Positions 30,172-43,355 of a stretch of 64,000 bases of DNA are shown in pieces (the stretch's first letter is position 1; each line of letters opens with the position of its first letter). The notes beneath the pieces were generated by a model that ran no database searches, was not told the DNA's origin, and saw only the letters and a program-made list of their open reading frames with translations. Both the position numbers and the translations under genes were made by a program. The stretch covers positions 584 through 64,583 of the forward strand of contig CAVOFX010000006.1 of NCBI GenBank assembly GCA_963695115.1, read 5' to 3'. Source of the stretch: an uncultured Microthrixaceae bacterium (GTDB lineage: Bacteria > Actinomycetota > Acidimicrobiia > Acidimicrobiales > CAVOFX01).

Positions 30172-31288
30172 TCGGTGCTCCTCTCAGTGCCTCGAGCCCG
30201 GGCAGGTCCCCCTTCTCCAGGAGCTCCAGGGAGGCTCCACCGCCCGTCGAGACGTGGTCGAACCGATCGGCCAGGCCGAAAGCCGCCGCAGCTGCAGCCG
30301 AATCCCCGCCCCCCACGATCGTGAAGCCCCTCGACTCGGCCATGGCCTCGGCGACGGTGCGCGTGCCCGCCTCGAAGCGCGGGTCCTCGAACACCCCCAT
30401 CGGTCCGTTCCAGAACACGGTGCGGGCCTCGGCGATCACGTCGCAGAACTCGGCGGCCGTGCCCGGGCCGATGTCCAACCCGCGCCACCCGGCGGGGATG
30501 TCGACGCCGACCTGGCGCACGTCGCCGGCGACGTCGGGTCTCCCGATCTCACCTCCGGGCCCCAGCGCTGTGATGTCCGAGGGGAGGTTGATGGTCGCTC
30601 CGGAGTCGAGGAGGCGGCGACAGGTCTCGACCTGCTCCTCCTCCAGCAGCGAGTCGCCGATCCGGTGGCCCTGGGCGGCAAGGAAGGTGAAGCACATCCC
30701 CCCGCCGATCACGAGGCTGTCCACGACCTCCAGCAGCGCGTCGATGACCCCCAGCTTGTCGCTCACCTTCGCGCCGCCGAGCACCGCGACGAACGGACGG
30801 GCCGGCTCTGACCGCAGCGGCAGGAGCACCTCCACCTCACGGGCCAGCAGACGCCCGGCAGCGCTCGGGAGGAAGGCTGGGGGACCGACGATCGAGGCGT
30901 GCGCACGGTGCGACGCCCCGAACGCGTCGTTCACGTAGGCGTCCTTCCCCTCGATCAGCTCCGCGACGAAGCGGGGGTCGTTGCCCGTCTCGCCCGGATC
31001 GAAGCGCAGGTTCTCCAGCAGCTCGACACCTTCGACGAGCTCGGCGAGGCGGCGGCGCACCGGCTCGATGGAGAAGCGCGGATCGGGCGCGCCCTCGGGA
31101 CGTCCGAGGTGGCTGCAGGCCGTGACCGAGGCGCCCTGCTCCTGGAGCCAGCGCAGCGTCGGGAGCGCCGAGCGGATGCGCAGGTCGTCGGTGATCTCCC
31201 CGTCCTTCAGGGGCACGTTGAAGTCGCACCGGACCAGGACCCGGCGTCCCTGGAGGTCTCCGAGATCCTCCAGGTGGGGGATGCTCAC
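30164..31288 (-). CDS. pgk: Phosphoglycerate kinase
   Basis: RVLVRCDFNVPL, SHLGRP and FWNGPMGVFE motifs. The GTG start at 31288 overlaps the gap stop (GTGA). Confidence 0.9.
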   Translation of the reverse strand: MSIPHLEDLGDLQGRRVLVRCDFNVPLKDGEITDDLRIRSALPTLRWLQEQGASVTACSHLGRPEGAPDPRFSIEPVRRRLAELVEGVELLENLRFDPGETGNDPRFVAELIEGKDAYVNDAFGASHRAHASIVGPPAFLPSAAGRLLAREVEVLLPLRSEPARPFVAVLGGAKVSDKLGVIDALLEVVDSLVIGGGMCFTFLAAQGHRIGDSLLEEEQVETCRRLLDSGATINLPSDITALGPGGEIGRPDVAGDVRQVGVDIPAGWRGLDIGPGTAAEFCDVIAEARTVFWNGPMGVFEDPRFEAGTRTVAEAMAESRGFTIVGGGDSAAAAAAFGLADRFDHVSTGGGASLELLEKGDLPGLEALRGAPNA

Positions 31289-32295
31289 CTGTTGGCTGAG
31301 CCGACGATGGCGGTGAGGTCGACCAGGCGGTTCGAGTATCCCCACTCGTTGTCGTACCAGCCGAGCACCTTGACCATGTCGCCCAGCGCCATCGTCAGCT
31401 TGGCGTCGAAGGTGCACGATGCCGGGGAGCCCACGATGTCGCTCGAGACGATCGGGTCCTCGGTGTACACGAGCACCTTCGAGAGCGGGCCGGAGGCGGC
31501 GGCGGCAGCGAACGCGGCGTTGACCTCGTCCACGGAGACCTCCCTGGCCAGGGATCCGACGAAGTCGGTGATCGACCCGTCGGGTACGGGCACCCGCAGG
31601 GCCGTGCCGTCCAGTCTCCCCTTCATCGACTCCAGCACGAGAGCCGTCGCCCGGGCAGCACCGGTGGAGGACGGGGTGATGTTGATCGCCGAGGCCCTGG
31701 AACGGCGCAGGTCGCTGTGGGGCCCGTCCACCAGGTTCTGGTCACCGGTGTAGGCGTGGACGGTGGTCATCAGGCCCTTCTGGACGCCGAAGGCGTCATC
31801 GAGAACCTTGATCATGGGAACGAAGCAGTTGGTGGTGCAGGAGGCGTTGGAGACCACCAGGTGCTGCTCTGGATCGAAGGTGTCGTCGTTCACCCCGACC
31901 ACGAAGGTCGCGTCGGCCTCGCTGCACGGAGCGGAGACGATCACCCGCGGCGCCCCGCCTTCCAGGTGCCCCGCGGCCTTCTCCCGGCTGGTGAAGAACC
32001 CGGTCGACTCGACGACCACGTCCACCCCCAGGTCGCCCCAGGGGAGGTCGGCCGGGTTGCGCTCGGCCAGCACCCGCAGCTCGGTGCCGTCGATCGAGAT
32101 CCCCCCGCCGGACACCTCGACCGACCCGCCGAACCGGCCCATCACCGAGTCGTACTTCAGCAGGTGAGCCATCGCCTCGACCGAGCCGAGGTCGTTCACC
32201 GCGACGAACTCGAGGTCCGCGCCCTGGGCCTTGGCGGCCCGGTAGAAGTTCCGCCCTATCCGGCCGAACCCGTTGATCCCGACACGAATGCCCAT
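31285..32295 (-). CDS. gap: Glyceraldehyde-3-phosphate dehydrogenase
   Basis: MGIRVGINGFGRIGRN and SNASCTTNC active-site motif. Confidence 0.95.
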   Translation of the reverse strand: MGIRVGINGFGRIGRNFYRAAKAQGADLEFVAVNDLGSVEAMAHLLKYDSVMGRFGGSVEVSGGGISIDGTELRVLAERNPADLPWGDLGVDVVVESTGFFTSREKAAGHLEGGAPRVIVSAPCSEADATFVVGVNDDTFDPEQHLVVSNASCTTNCFVPMIKVLDDAFGVQKGLMTTVHAYTGDQNLVDGPHSDLRRSRASAINITPSSTGAARATALVLESMKGRLDGTALRVPVPDGSITDFVGSLAREVSVDEVNAAFAAAAASGPLSKVLVYTEDPIVSSDIVGSPASCTFDAKLTMALGDMVKVLGWYDNEWGYSNRLVDLTAIVGSANR

Positions 32296-32455
32296 GACTC
32301 CGGTGCCTCCTTGGTCGAAGGATCCGATTCGACCAGACGCGGCCCCCCGGGTGCCAGTTCGCCCGGGATCCGGTGCCTCCGCCCTCGGCCGCATCGCGAG
32401 CCGAGCCGGTGGGACGGGCAGCCCGAGGGGGGATCTACTCTACGATCTCCCCGCG

Positions 32456-33634
32456 GTGGACGAAGCAGGGGCACCCGTCGACGAAGACGGCTCAGACGCC
32501 TCCTCGGGGATCGAGCACGCCGAGTCCGGTCGTGCCGCGCCCACCTGGGCTGCCGGCGCGGCGTTCCCTCTGGTGGTGTGGCTGGTCTGGCGGAGCGCCC
32601 ACCTCCTCGTGCTCCTCCGCCATGCCGGCGTCAACGACCGCCTCTTCTTCCTCGACGCCGGGTCCTACCTCGACATCATGCACCGGGGCTACGAGGATCC
32701 GGAGGCCTACCAGCCCAACACCGCCTTCTTCCCGCTCGTCTCCTGGGTCGCACGGCCGTTCGAGTGGCTCACCGGGTCCGACATCGCCGCCGGCCACCTG
32801 GTCGCGACCGCCACCTCCATCGGGGCGTTCGTGTGCCTCTGGGGGTTCACGGCTGCATGGCGCGACGAGAGGACTGCCCGAAGGGCGGTGGTCCTGTTCG
32901 CCCTCTGGCCCGGCACGGCGTTCCTGACGGCCTTCTTCTCGGAAGGGCTCTTCGTGCTCACCGCCACCGGTGCGCTGTGGGCCGACCGCAGGGGCAGGCG
33001 CGGATGGACTCTCGTGCTCCTTGCCGCTGTCACGGCGTCACGTTCGATCGGGATCCTCGTCCCCGTAGTCCTCGTGGGAGCTCGCGTGCTGCGCTCCAGG
33101 AGGATCGACAGGACAGCGCTCTCCTACGCGGCGGCGGGAGCCCTCGGGATGATTGCTGTGATGGGGGCCATGCACCTCGAGGCCGGAGATGCGCTCGCGT
33201 TCCTGCATGATCAGGACGACTGGGGCCGTGAGCTGACGGACCCGATCACCACGCTCCGCGACGGCGTGGAGTTCATCCGGGTTCCGGAACGGCCCGACAT
33301 CCCTCCGGTCCCGATCCGTGTGCTCGACCTCGTCGCCGTCGCGTTCGCGCTGACGCCCGTGGCCGTGGAGGCGCTTCGTGGGCCCCGCCGTTGGCCACCC
33401 GAGGTCGTCGTGCTGGCCGTCTTGCTGCTGGTCCCCGGTCTCATCTCGGGGTTGCTGCTCAGCTTCACCCGCTTCGTCGCGGCCGACGCCTTCGTGTTCG
33501 CTCTCTGGCCGACCACCGTCGACCGCCTCCGGCCACCCCTCGGAGGTCTTGCCTGGCGCGCGATGCTCGTGGCGCTGGTCGTCACGACGGCTCTGTTCGC
33601 CGACAGGTACGCGGCCGGCTACTGGGTCGGGTGA
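32456..33634 (+). CDS. Polytopic membrane protein, GT-C-like (mannosyltransferase/PIG-V-like) candidate; start uncertain
   Basis: It has multiple hydrophobic helices. The ORF 32273-33634 overlaps the gap start, so an internal GTG at 32456 is proposed. Confidence 0.5.
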   Translation: MDEAGAPVDEDGSDASSGIEHAESGRAAPTWAAGAAFPLVVWLVWRSAHLLVLLRHAGVNDRLFFLDAGSYLDIMHRGYEDPEAYQPNTAFFPLVSWVARPFEWLTGSDIAAGHLVATATSIGAFVCLWGFTAAWRDERTARRAVVLFALWPGTAFLTAFFSEGLFVLTATGALWADRRGRRGWTLVLLAAVTASRSIGILVPVVLVGARVLRSRRIDRTALSYAAAGALGMIAVMGAMHLEAGDALAFLHDQDDWGRELTDPITTLRDGVEFIRVPERPDIPPVPIRVLDLVAVAFALTPVAVEALRGPRRWPPEVVVLAVLLLVPGLISGLLLSFTRFVAADAFVFALWPTTVDRLRPPLGGLAWRAMLVALVVTTALFADRYAAGYWVG

Positions 33635-33638
33635 CCCC

Positions 33639-34493
33639 TCACCCGCGTTCGATGTCCCGGTGCAGGAGGCTCGGCTCGAACCCCATCATCTCCAGGGCGC
33701 GCGCCATCTCCTCCGCCACGACCACCGACCGGTGCCGACCACCGGTGCAGCCGAACGCGACCGTGAGATAGGACTTCCCCTCCGACACGTAAGCCGGGAG
33801 CAGGAGCCCGAACAGCCCACCCAGCATCTCGACGAAGGGGCCGGTCACCTCCTGGCTCATGACGTACTCGCGCACGGCGTCGTCGAGACCCGACTTCGGG
33901 CGGAGGTCGTCGACCCAGTGCGGGTTGGGGAGGAACCGACAGTCGAGCACGATGTCCACGTCTCTCGGCACACCGTGCTTGTACCCGAACGACACCAGCG
34001 TGGTCTGCATCCCGGCGTCCCGGTCGCTGGTCCCGAACAGCTCGACCACCCGGTCGCGGAGCTGGTGCACGTTGAGCTCCGTCGTGTCGACGACCACGTC
34101 GGCCACCGACCGCACCGGCTCGAGGATCGCCCTCTCCATCTCGATGGCCTCCGCGAGGCTCCTGCCCGAGAACAGCGGGTGCCTCCTACGGGTGCTCTCG
34201 TAGCGCCTGACGAGCACCTCGGTGGAGGCCTCCAGATACAGGATCCGCACCCGTGCTCCGGAGGTGCGGAGCGACTCCAGTGCCGGCATCACGTCCTCGT
34301 GGTAGGGACCCGTCCCCACGACCAGGGCGACACGGGCGAGGTGCGACCCGGGACCCCTCGCCAGGTCCGCCACCTTCGGGATCAGAGCGGGAGGGAGGTT
34401 GTCGATCACGAACCAGCCCAGGTCCTCCAGGTGATCCCCGGCCAAGGAGCGCCCTCCGCCCGAAAGGCCGGCGATGACCACGAACTCGCTCAC
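33639..34493 (-). CDS. rapZ: RNase adapter / nucleotide-binding protein RapZ (YvcJ family)
   Basis: The N-terminus is SEFVVIAGLSGGGRS with a Walker A. The C-terminal FGCTGGRHRSV motif is present. Confidence 0.9.
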   Translation of the reverse strand: MSEFVVIAGLSGGGRSLAGDHLEDLGWFVIDNLPPALIPKVADLARGPGSHLARVALVVGTGPYHEDVMPALESLRTSGARVRILYLEASTEVLVRRYESTRRRHPLFSGRSLAEAIEMERAILEPVRSVADVVVDTTELNVHQLRDRVVELFGTSDRDAGMQTTLVSFGYKHGVPRDVDIVLDCRFLPNPHWVDDLRPKSGLDDAVREYVMSQEVTGPFVEMLGGLFGLLLPAYVSEGKSYLTVAFGCTGGRHRSVVVAEEMARALEMMGFEPSLLHRDIERG

Positions 34494-34515
34494 GCGCCCG
34501 GAGCATACCGGCCCG

Positions 34516-35283
34516 TCACGCAGAGGCTCCGCGCTTCGACCGCGCCTTGCGACTCCGGATCACCAGCAGTCGCGGGATCGCTGCCGCCTCCGCGTACTCG
34601 GGAGCACGTGCGAGGAAGCCCGGCGGAGGCGCAGGCTCGATCATCTTCTCGACGGCCAGCCCGTGGCCGGCCATCGCGTTCACATATCGGCTGAGGGGCC
34701 GGTGCACGAAGCGGATGCTCACACCCCGCTCGACCTGCTCCTCGTAGGCGACCTCGTCCAGGTAGGGGCCTACGCGCCAGTAGCGCTCCGGCGGGTCGCA
34801 GACCCAGTCGTCCACCCAGGCGCTCCCTGGGGTCTGGAGCAGCGGATGGTTGAGGAACAGGACGAACCGTCCGTTCGGTTCGAGCACCCTCGCCACCTCG
34901 CGCATCGCACCGTCCAGGTCATCGATGTGCTCGAAGACCAGGCAGGCGACCACCGCGTCGAAGCTCTCTCCGCTCCGGAACGGAAGGGCCGCCGCGAGGC
35001 CCCGCAGGCACCGGACTCCCCCGCCGCGCCGGCCCGCCTCGCTGACCTGGCTCCACGACGGCTCGATGCCGACGACCGACGCGCCCGAAGCCGCCACCCG
35101 GCGGGCGACCTGGCCCTCACCGCAGCCCACATCGAGTACACGGCGCGCGCCCTCCAGCTCGGCCGCTGCGAGCGGGAGGATCTGCTCCTCGTACTCGGGA
35201 TCGGCGCCGTCGGTGAAGCTCTCCTGCCACCACCGCGCGTGATGCTCCCATGCCTCGTACCGCTGCCTCTGCGCTTCATCCAC
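34516..35283 (-). CDS. Class I SAM-dependent methyltransferase
   Basis: VLDVGCGEGQ motif I, and the acidic loop VVGIEPS. Confidence 0.7.
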   Translation of the reverse strand: MDEAQRQRYEAWEHHARWWQESFTDGADPEYEEQILPLAAAELEGARRVLDVGCGEGQVARRVAASGASVVGIEPSWSQVSEAGRRGGGVRCLRGLAAALPFRSGESFDAVVACLVFEHIDDLDGAMREVARVLEPNGRFVLFLNHPLLQTPGSAWVDDWVCDPPERYWRVGPYLDEVAYEEQVERGVSIRFVHRPLSRYVNAMAGHGLAVEKMIEPAPPPGFLARAPEYAEAAAIPRLLVIRSRKARSKRGASA

Positions 35284-35368
35284 GGTTCAGGTGCTCCCGG
35301 GGGGCCGGTGGTACCAGGGCGGGGCCGGGCCGCCATCCCGACCGGGACACGAGTCTTGCAGCCGACCT

Positions 35369-37273
35369 TCAGCCGGAGTGACTCGTCACCGGTGGCTCGT
35401 CCGCCCGGCCCGACAGCGGCCCGTGGAGATGCTCGTACAGGGCTCGGGCGACGCCGTCGGGCAACCAGCTGACGGCGCTCAGATCCTCCAGGGAAGCGGA
35501 CCGGACCCCGCTCACCCCTCCGAGCTCCTTGATGAGCCGCGTCCGGCGAGCAGGTCCGAGACCCCGGACCCCGTCGAGGACCGAGCCCTTCATGCGCCTG
35601 CCCCGGAGCCTGCGGTGGTAGTCGAGCGCGAAGCGGTGGGCCTCGTCGCGGATGCGCTGGAGCAGGTAGAGGGCCTCGGAGGGACGCTCGATCTCCACGG
35701 GCGCCTCACGTCCCGGCACGAAGACCTCCTCGAAGCGCTTCGCCAACGCGGCGGTCGCGATCTCCGAACCGAGTCCGAGCTCGCTGACGACCTTCTCGGC
35801 CACCGCCAGCTGCCCCCGTCCCCCGTCGACCAGTATCAGCTGCGGGGGATACGAGAAGGAGCCCTTCCGCTCGGCCACAGGCTGGTCTCGCTCCCCCAGG
35901 AACGCGGTGAGCCGCCGGGTCAGCACCTCCTCCATCGCCGCGAGGTCGTCCACCCCGGTCACGTCGCGGATCTTGAACCGGCGGTACTCGCCCTTGCGCG
36001 GGAGCCCGTCCTCCATCACGACCATCGAGCCCACGTAGTCGGTTCCCTGGGTGTGGCTCATGTCGTAGCACTCGATCCGGAGCGGCGGCTGAGCCATTCC
36101 GAGATGGCCCTGGAGCTCGCTCAGCGCTCGTGCTCGGACGTTGTGGTCCGCCGCCCTCCGCACGCGGTTGCGGTTCAGCTCCTCCTCCGCGTTGCGGGTG
36201 ACGGTCTCGAGGAGCCTCCGCTTGTCACCCCGCTTCGGGACCCTCACCGAGACCGCCGTGCCCCGAACCTCACGCAGCCACTCCTCGTACAGCGAGGGGT
36301 CGGTCGGCAACGTGGGCACCAGGACCTGGCCGGGCACCCCGTTGGGGCCCTCGTCGAAGTACAGCCCCTCGAGGACCGAGTCGATGAGCTCGTCGGGAGG
36401 GAGACCCTCCACCCGCTCCACCAGGAAGCCCTTCCTGCCCACGACACGCCCGTGCCGGACGAAGAAGACCTGTGCTGCCACCTCCAGCTCGTCTCCCGCG
36501 ATACCGATCACATCCAGATCCTGTGACCGTGGGAGCACCATCTGCTGGCGCTCGATCGCCTTTCCGACGCTGGAGAGGCGGTCCCGCAGCCGGGCCGCTC
36601 GCTCGAACTCCAGGGAGCCGGCTGCTTCCTCCATCTCCGACTCGAGCCGGCGGACCACCCGGGCCGTGTCGCCGGAGAGGAACACGAGCAGCTCGTCCAC
36701 CAGCGCCCGGTAGTGATCGGGATCGATCTCACCCACACACGGTCCGGAGCACTTCTCGATGTGGAAGAGGAGGCACGGCCTCCCCAATCGGGTGTGCGTC
36801 CGCAGCTTGCTCTCGGAGCAGGTGCGCACGGGGAAGGTTCGCAGCAGGAGGTCGAGGGTCTCGCGGATGGCACACACGTGGCCGTACGGTCCGAAGTACC
36901 GAACCCCCTTGCGCTTGCGGCCCCGAACCACCATCGCCCGGGGCCACTCCTCCTCGACGGTGACGGCCAACCACGGATAGCTCTTGTCGTCGCGCAACCT
37001 CACGTTGAAGCGTGGCTGGTGTCGCTTGATCAGCTCGTTCTCTAGGAGCAGGGCGTCGAGGTCGCTCGCAACCGTGATCCACTCGACCGTCTCCGCCGAT
37101 CGCACCATGTCGGCCGTCCGCGGCGGCAGGGAATCGGCCCTGCGGAGGTAGGAGGCCAGCCGCCGGCGGAGGCTCCTCGCCTTGCCCACGTAGATGATCC
37201 GGCCGTCCCGGTCCTTGAACTGGTACGACCCGGGCTCATCCGGCACAGAGGAGATCGGAGGGGCTTCCAGCAC
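35369..37273 (-). CDS. uvrC: Excinuclease ABC subunit C
   Basis: GIY-YIG N-terminus (GSYQFKDRDGRIIYVGKA), UVR domain, and a C-terminal HhH. The 634-aa ORF is intact. Confidence 0.95.
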   Translation of the reverse strand: MLEAPPISSVPDEPGSYQFKDRDGRIIYVGKARSLRRRLASYLRRADSLPPRTADMVRSAETVEWITVASDLDALLLENELIKRHQPRFNVRLRDDKSYPWLAVTVEEEWPRAMVVRGRKRKGVRYFGPYGHVCAIRETLDLLLRTFPVRTCSESKLRTHTRLGRPCLLFHIEKCSGPCVGEIDPDHYRALVDELLVFLSGDTARVVRRLESEMEEAAGSLEFERAARLRDRLSSVGKAIERQQMVLPRSQDLDVIGIAGDELEVAAQVFFVRHGRVVGRKGFLVERVEGLPPDELIDSVLEGLYFDEGPNGVPGQVLVPTLPTDPSLYEEWLREVRGTAVSVRVPKRGDKRRLLETVTRNAEEELNRNRVRRAADHNVRARALSELQGHLGMAQPPLRIECYDMSHTQGTDYVGSMVVMEDGLPRKGEYRRFKIRDVTGVDDLAAMEEVLTRRLTAFLGERDQPVAERKGSFSYPPQLILVDGGRGQLAVAEKVVSELGLGSEIATAALAKRFEEVFVPGREAPVEIERPSEALYLLQRIRDEAHRFALDYHRRLRGRRMKGSVLDGVRGLGPARRTRLIKELGGVSGVRSASLEDLSAVSWLPDGVARALYEHLHGPLSGRADEPPVTSHSG

Positions 37274-37343
37274 GTGACCAGCCTATGTACCGGCTCGCCC
37301 GCCCCCTCGGGCTCGCAGGCCCCTCGCGGGCTGCCAGCGGCCG

Positions 37344-38674
37344 TCATCGCCCCTCCCCACGGAACACGCTGCGGATCGTCCGGCCCAGGACCCGGAGGTC
37401 GAGAGCGATCCCCTGGTGTCGGAGGTAGTACAGGTCGTACTGGAGCTTCTCGAGCGAGTCCTGCTCGTCACCCGCGTAGCCGTGCTTCACCTGAGCCCAA
37501 CCTGTCATGCCCGGACGGACGAGGTGCCGCACGTCGTAGAACTGCAGCGAGCTCCTGAGCTGCTCCACGTACACCGGCTGCTCCGGACGGGGCCCCACCA
37601 GCGACAGCTCGCCTCGGAGCACGTTCACGAACTGGGGGACCTCATCGAGGTGGGTGGATCGCAGCAGCCGGCCGAACGGGGTGACCCGCGGGTCGTGCTC
37701 GGTCGTCCACTCGCTCCCCCTTCTGCTCCATCCCTCATCGTCCGGAACTTCAGGATCCCGAACACGACCCCGTTGCGACCGACCCGGTCCTGTCGGAAGA
37801 GCAACGGACCACGGTTCGCCGCTGCATCTCCCAGGAACACGAGAGGCGCGACCACGACGAAGAGCACCAGACCGACCGACCCCAACACCAGGTCGACCAT
37901 CCGCATCACCCGTCCGTAGCGCAGTCGATGCAGCTCGCCGATGTCGAACATGAGCGAGACACGCTCCAGCTCCGAGACCGGCAGCTTGCCCAGCCACTCC
38001 TCGTAGAAGAGCGACAAGGTCCTGACCCGCGCCCCGTGCTCGTGCAGCGTCGCGGCCTGGTCCACGATCGCGTCACGCGCGAGCGCGGCGCGATCCAGCA
38101 CGACGACCGTCACCTCGCCGGACACAGCAGCTGTGACCAGGGGATGTGGGTCCACCCCGGTCGGCAGGCACGAGTCATGTCCGAGCACCTCCACGACCAC
38201 TGCCTGCCGCTCGGGAGCCCGCGCCAGGTCGTGGCGGACCCGTTCAGCATCCTCGGCAGAGGTCACGAGCAGGACGCGGTCTCGCTCCGCCTCCCTGGCC
38301 CTGCCACCCTGAGCCACCGCGATGCACGCCAGGTACCACGGCACCACCGCGATGGCGGTCCCGAACACCACGAACCTGGGCAGCAGCGCGTCACCCACCA
38401 GCAGCTCGGCCAGCCCGACGATCGACGCGGCCAGCGCAGCTGCCCCCGCGCTCGAGACGAGGGCCTGACGCGGGCTCCGGGGCAGCTCGGGAAGACCGAA
38501 CCCGTAGGCGGTGACCGCCAGCAGGACGATGTAGGCGATCGACCAGGCGAACCTGAACGACCCCGTGTAGTCGTAGGGGGGATCGGCCACCCAGGCCGCG
38601 TGGAACTTGCTCAGCCCGAGGACGATGGCGGCGATCCCGATGAAGAGAGCTGGCCGGGCGAGCCGAGCCATCAC
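37344..38674 (-). CDS. Polyprenyl glycosylphosphotransferase (WbaP/sugar transferase family), one frameshift in a G5 run (~37725)
   Basis: The N-terminal TM region and LLFRQDRVGRNGVVFGILKFRTM are in ORF 37625-38674. DPRVTPFGRLLRSTHLDEVPQFVNVLRGELSLVGPRP continues in ORF 37344-37997. One extra G would restore KFRTMRDGAEGGSEWTTEHDPRVT. Confidence 0.8.
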
Positions 38675-38800
38675 ACCTCCAGTCGCGGCCGGACCCCTGA
38701 GCTCGGGCCGAGGTGAGACCCGATCACGACCCCGGACCGACGGGCCCCGATGGTAGCGACCTGATCCAGCGGCTCACGGATGGTGGCCCCGGTGCCACCC

Positions 38801-41638
<2,838 letters not shown>

Positions 41639-41648
41639 CGCTCCCAGC

Positions 41649-43349
41649 CTATCCCCCGCCGCCCGAATCGAACAACTGTTCCCTCCCGGTCGGCTGCCCC
41701 CCTCCGCTCTCGACATACGTCGTGATCCGCAGCTCCGTTCCGGGTAGGAACGGTCGAGCGTCGCTCCCCAGCTGCCGCCAGCCCTCGAAGGCCGGCGGTG
41801 GGCCGTCCTCGGGGTTGGCCACATACCCGAAGGAGTCCAGACCGGCAGCCTCGATCACCTCGACCGCGCGACCCTGCAGCTCCGGTGTGGGGGCAGACAG
41901 CCATCGCTGCCCCCCGTAGAACGCCCCCATCTCACGAGGCAGGTGCTCCATCCGAGCGATCAGGACGGGCTCCGGCCGGGTCGCGAGGTACCCACCGGCC
42001 GATCCCACGGCGTGGCTGCGCACGCCCAGCCAGAGGAGGCCGAACGCGGTGACGGCAACCGCCAGGCCGACGAAGCCCAGGCGGGCCCTCCTCTGCAACC
42101 GATCGAGGCTGCACACGCCGACGACCACGAGCAGGAGAGACGAGAGCAGCTGGTAGCGACCGCCCCACTGCGCCGTGGCACCTCCCCGGAACTGGAAGAG
42201 CCACACGACGGGCAGAGCCGCGACCGCGACCGCGACCGCCATCCTCCGCTCCCGGTGCGCCCATCCGAGCACCAGTCCGGGAACCGCCAGGGGTGCCGCC
42301 GCCAGCATCCCCGGGACGAACCCGACGTCGTCCACCATCCGCCAGACGTAGATCACGACAGCCATCCCGAACGCGGCGAACCAGATCCTGTCGCGCCCCG
42401 GTCCCGATCCCGCCCACGCCGCCACCGAGAGCAGGCACACCACGATCCCCGAGAGCGCCATGGCCGAGATCCCCAGCGACGGCTGGATCCCCACGGTGGT
42501 CACCACCGCCTCGCGGATCCGCAGTCCGAGCTCCAGCCCTGCCTCGGCAGCGGTACCCGTGGCTCTCCCGGAACGCATCGATCCCCCCACCACGACCAGC
42601 TCCAGGAGGTGGTTCGCCGCGAACATGCCGACGACGCCGGCCAGGGCCGCTCCCCCGAACCGGATCGCCTTTCCTGCCGTCCTGCTCTCCGAGATCAGGA
42701 TCACGCCTGTGACCAGCACCGTCACTGCGCCGTACACGAGGCTCTCCAGCCTCATCGTCGCTGCCGTCCCGAAGAGCAAGCCGGTGAGGGCGCCCTGCCA
42801 CGCAGGCGAACCGCTCCCCCTGGCTGCATCGAGCGCGGCGACGAAGCCCCACGCCATGAGAGCCAGGCCGATGCTGTGCTCCCAGAAGTCGAGTGAGTAC
42901 ACCGCGACCGGATACGCCAGCCCCACGATCCAGAACGCGTGCCACTCGACAGACTCACCGTCCAGGCGGCGCGCCAGCGCCCTCGCGGCCAGGGCCGTGG
43001 CGACTCCACCGAGCATCGGGAGGAGGAGCGCCAGGCGGTACCCGCCGATCTCGAACAGCGGATGGCCGAGGAGGACCATCGGCAGCGAGCTCACGTTCAC
43101 CCACCGGCCACCGACCACGTACGTGTAGTACAGCGGATGCAGATCACCGGATGGATCCCACTCCTCCGCCCAGTACCCGACATCGGGGTCCAGCCCGGCC
43201 CCTGCTGCCATGACCTCGAGGGTCGCCACCTTCCCTCCGGTGTCCGTGCCCAGGAAGCCGCGGTCGTCCATGGCGAGGGCCAGCGCCCCGTACGCCGCCA
43301 GCAGCGCGAGGGCGGCCAGAGCCGGGCGCTTCAGGTATCGCCGTCCCAC
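41649..43349 (-). CDS. Large polytopic membrane protein (GT-C/ArnT-PMT-like glycosyltransferase candidate)
   Basis: 566-aa ORF with more than 10 hydrophobic segments and a soluble C-terminal domain. No firm motif is recognised. Confidence 0.45.
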   Translation of the reverse strand: MGRRYLKRPALAALALLAAYGALALAMDDRGFLGTDTGGKVATLEVMAAGAGLDPDVGYWAEEWDPSGDLHPLYYTYVVGGRWVNVSSLPMVLLGHPLFEIGGYRLALLLPMLGGVATALAARALARRLDGESVEWHAFWIVGLAYPVAVYSLDFWEHSIGLALMAWGFVAALDAARGSGSPAWQGALTGLLFGTAATMRLESLVYGAVTVLVTGVILISESRTAGKAIRFGGAALAGVVGMFAANHLLELVVVGGSMRSGRATGTAAEAGLELGLRIREAVVTTVGIQPSLGISAMALSGIVVCLLSVAAWAGSGPGRDRIWFAAFGMAVVIYVWRMVDDVGFVPGMLAAAPLAVPGLVLGWAHRERRMAVAVAVAALPVVWLFQFRGGATAQWGGRYQLLSSLLLVVVGVCSLDRLQRRARLGFVGLAVAVTAFGLLWLGVRSHAVGSAGGYLATRPEPVLIARMEHLPREMGAFYGGQRWLSAPTPELQGRAVEVIEAAGLDSFGYVANPEDGPPPAFEGWRQLGSDARPFLPGTELRITTYVESGGGQPTGREQLFDSGGGG

Positions 43350-43355
43350 CGAAGG

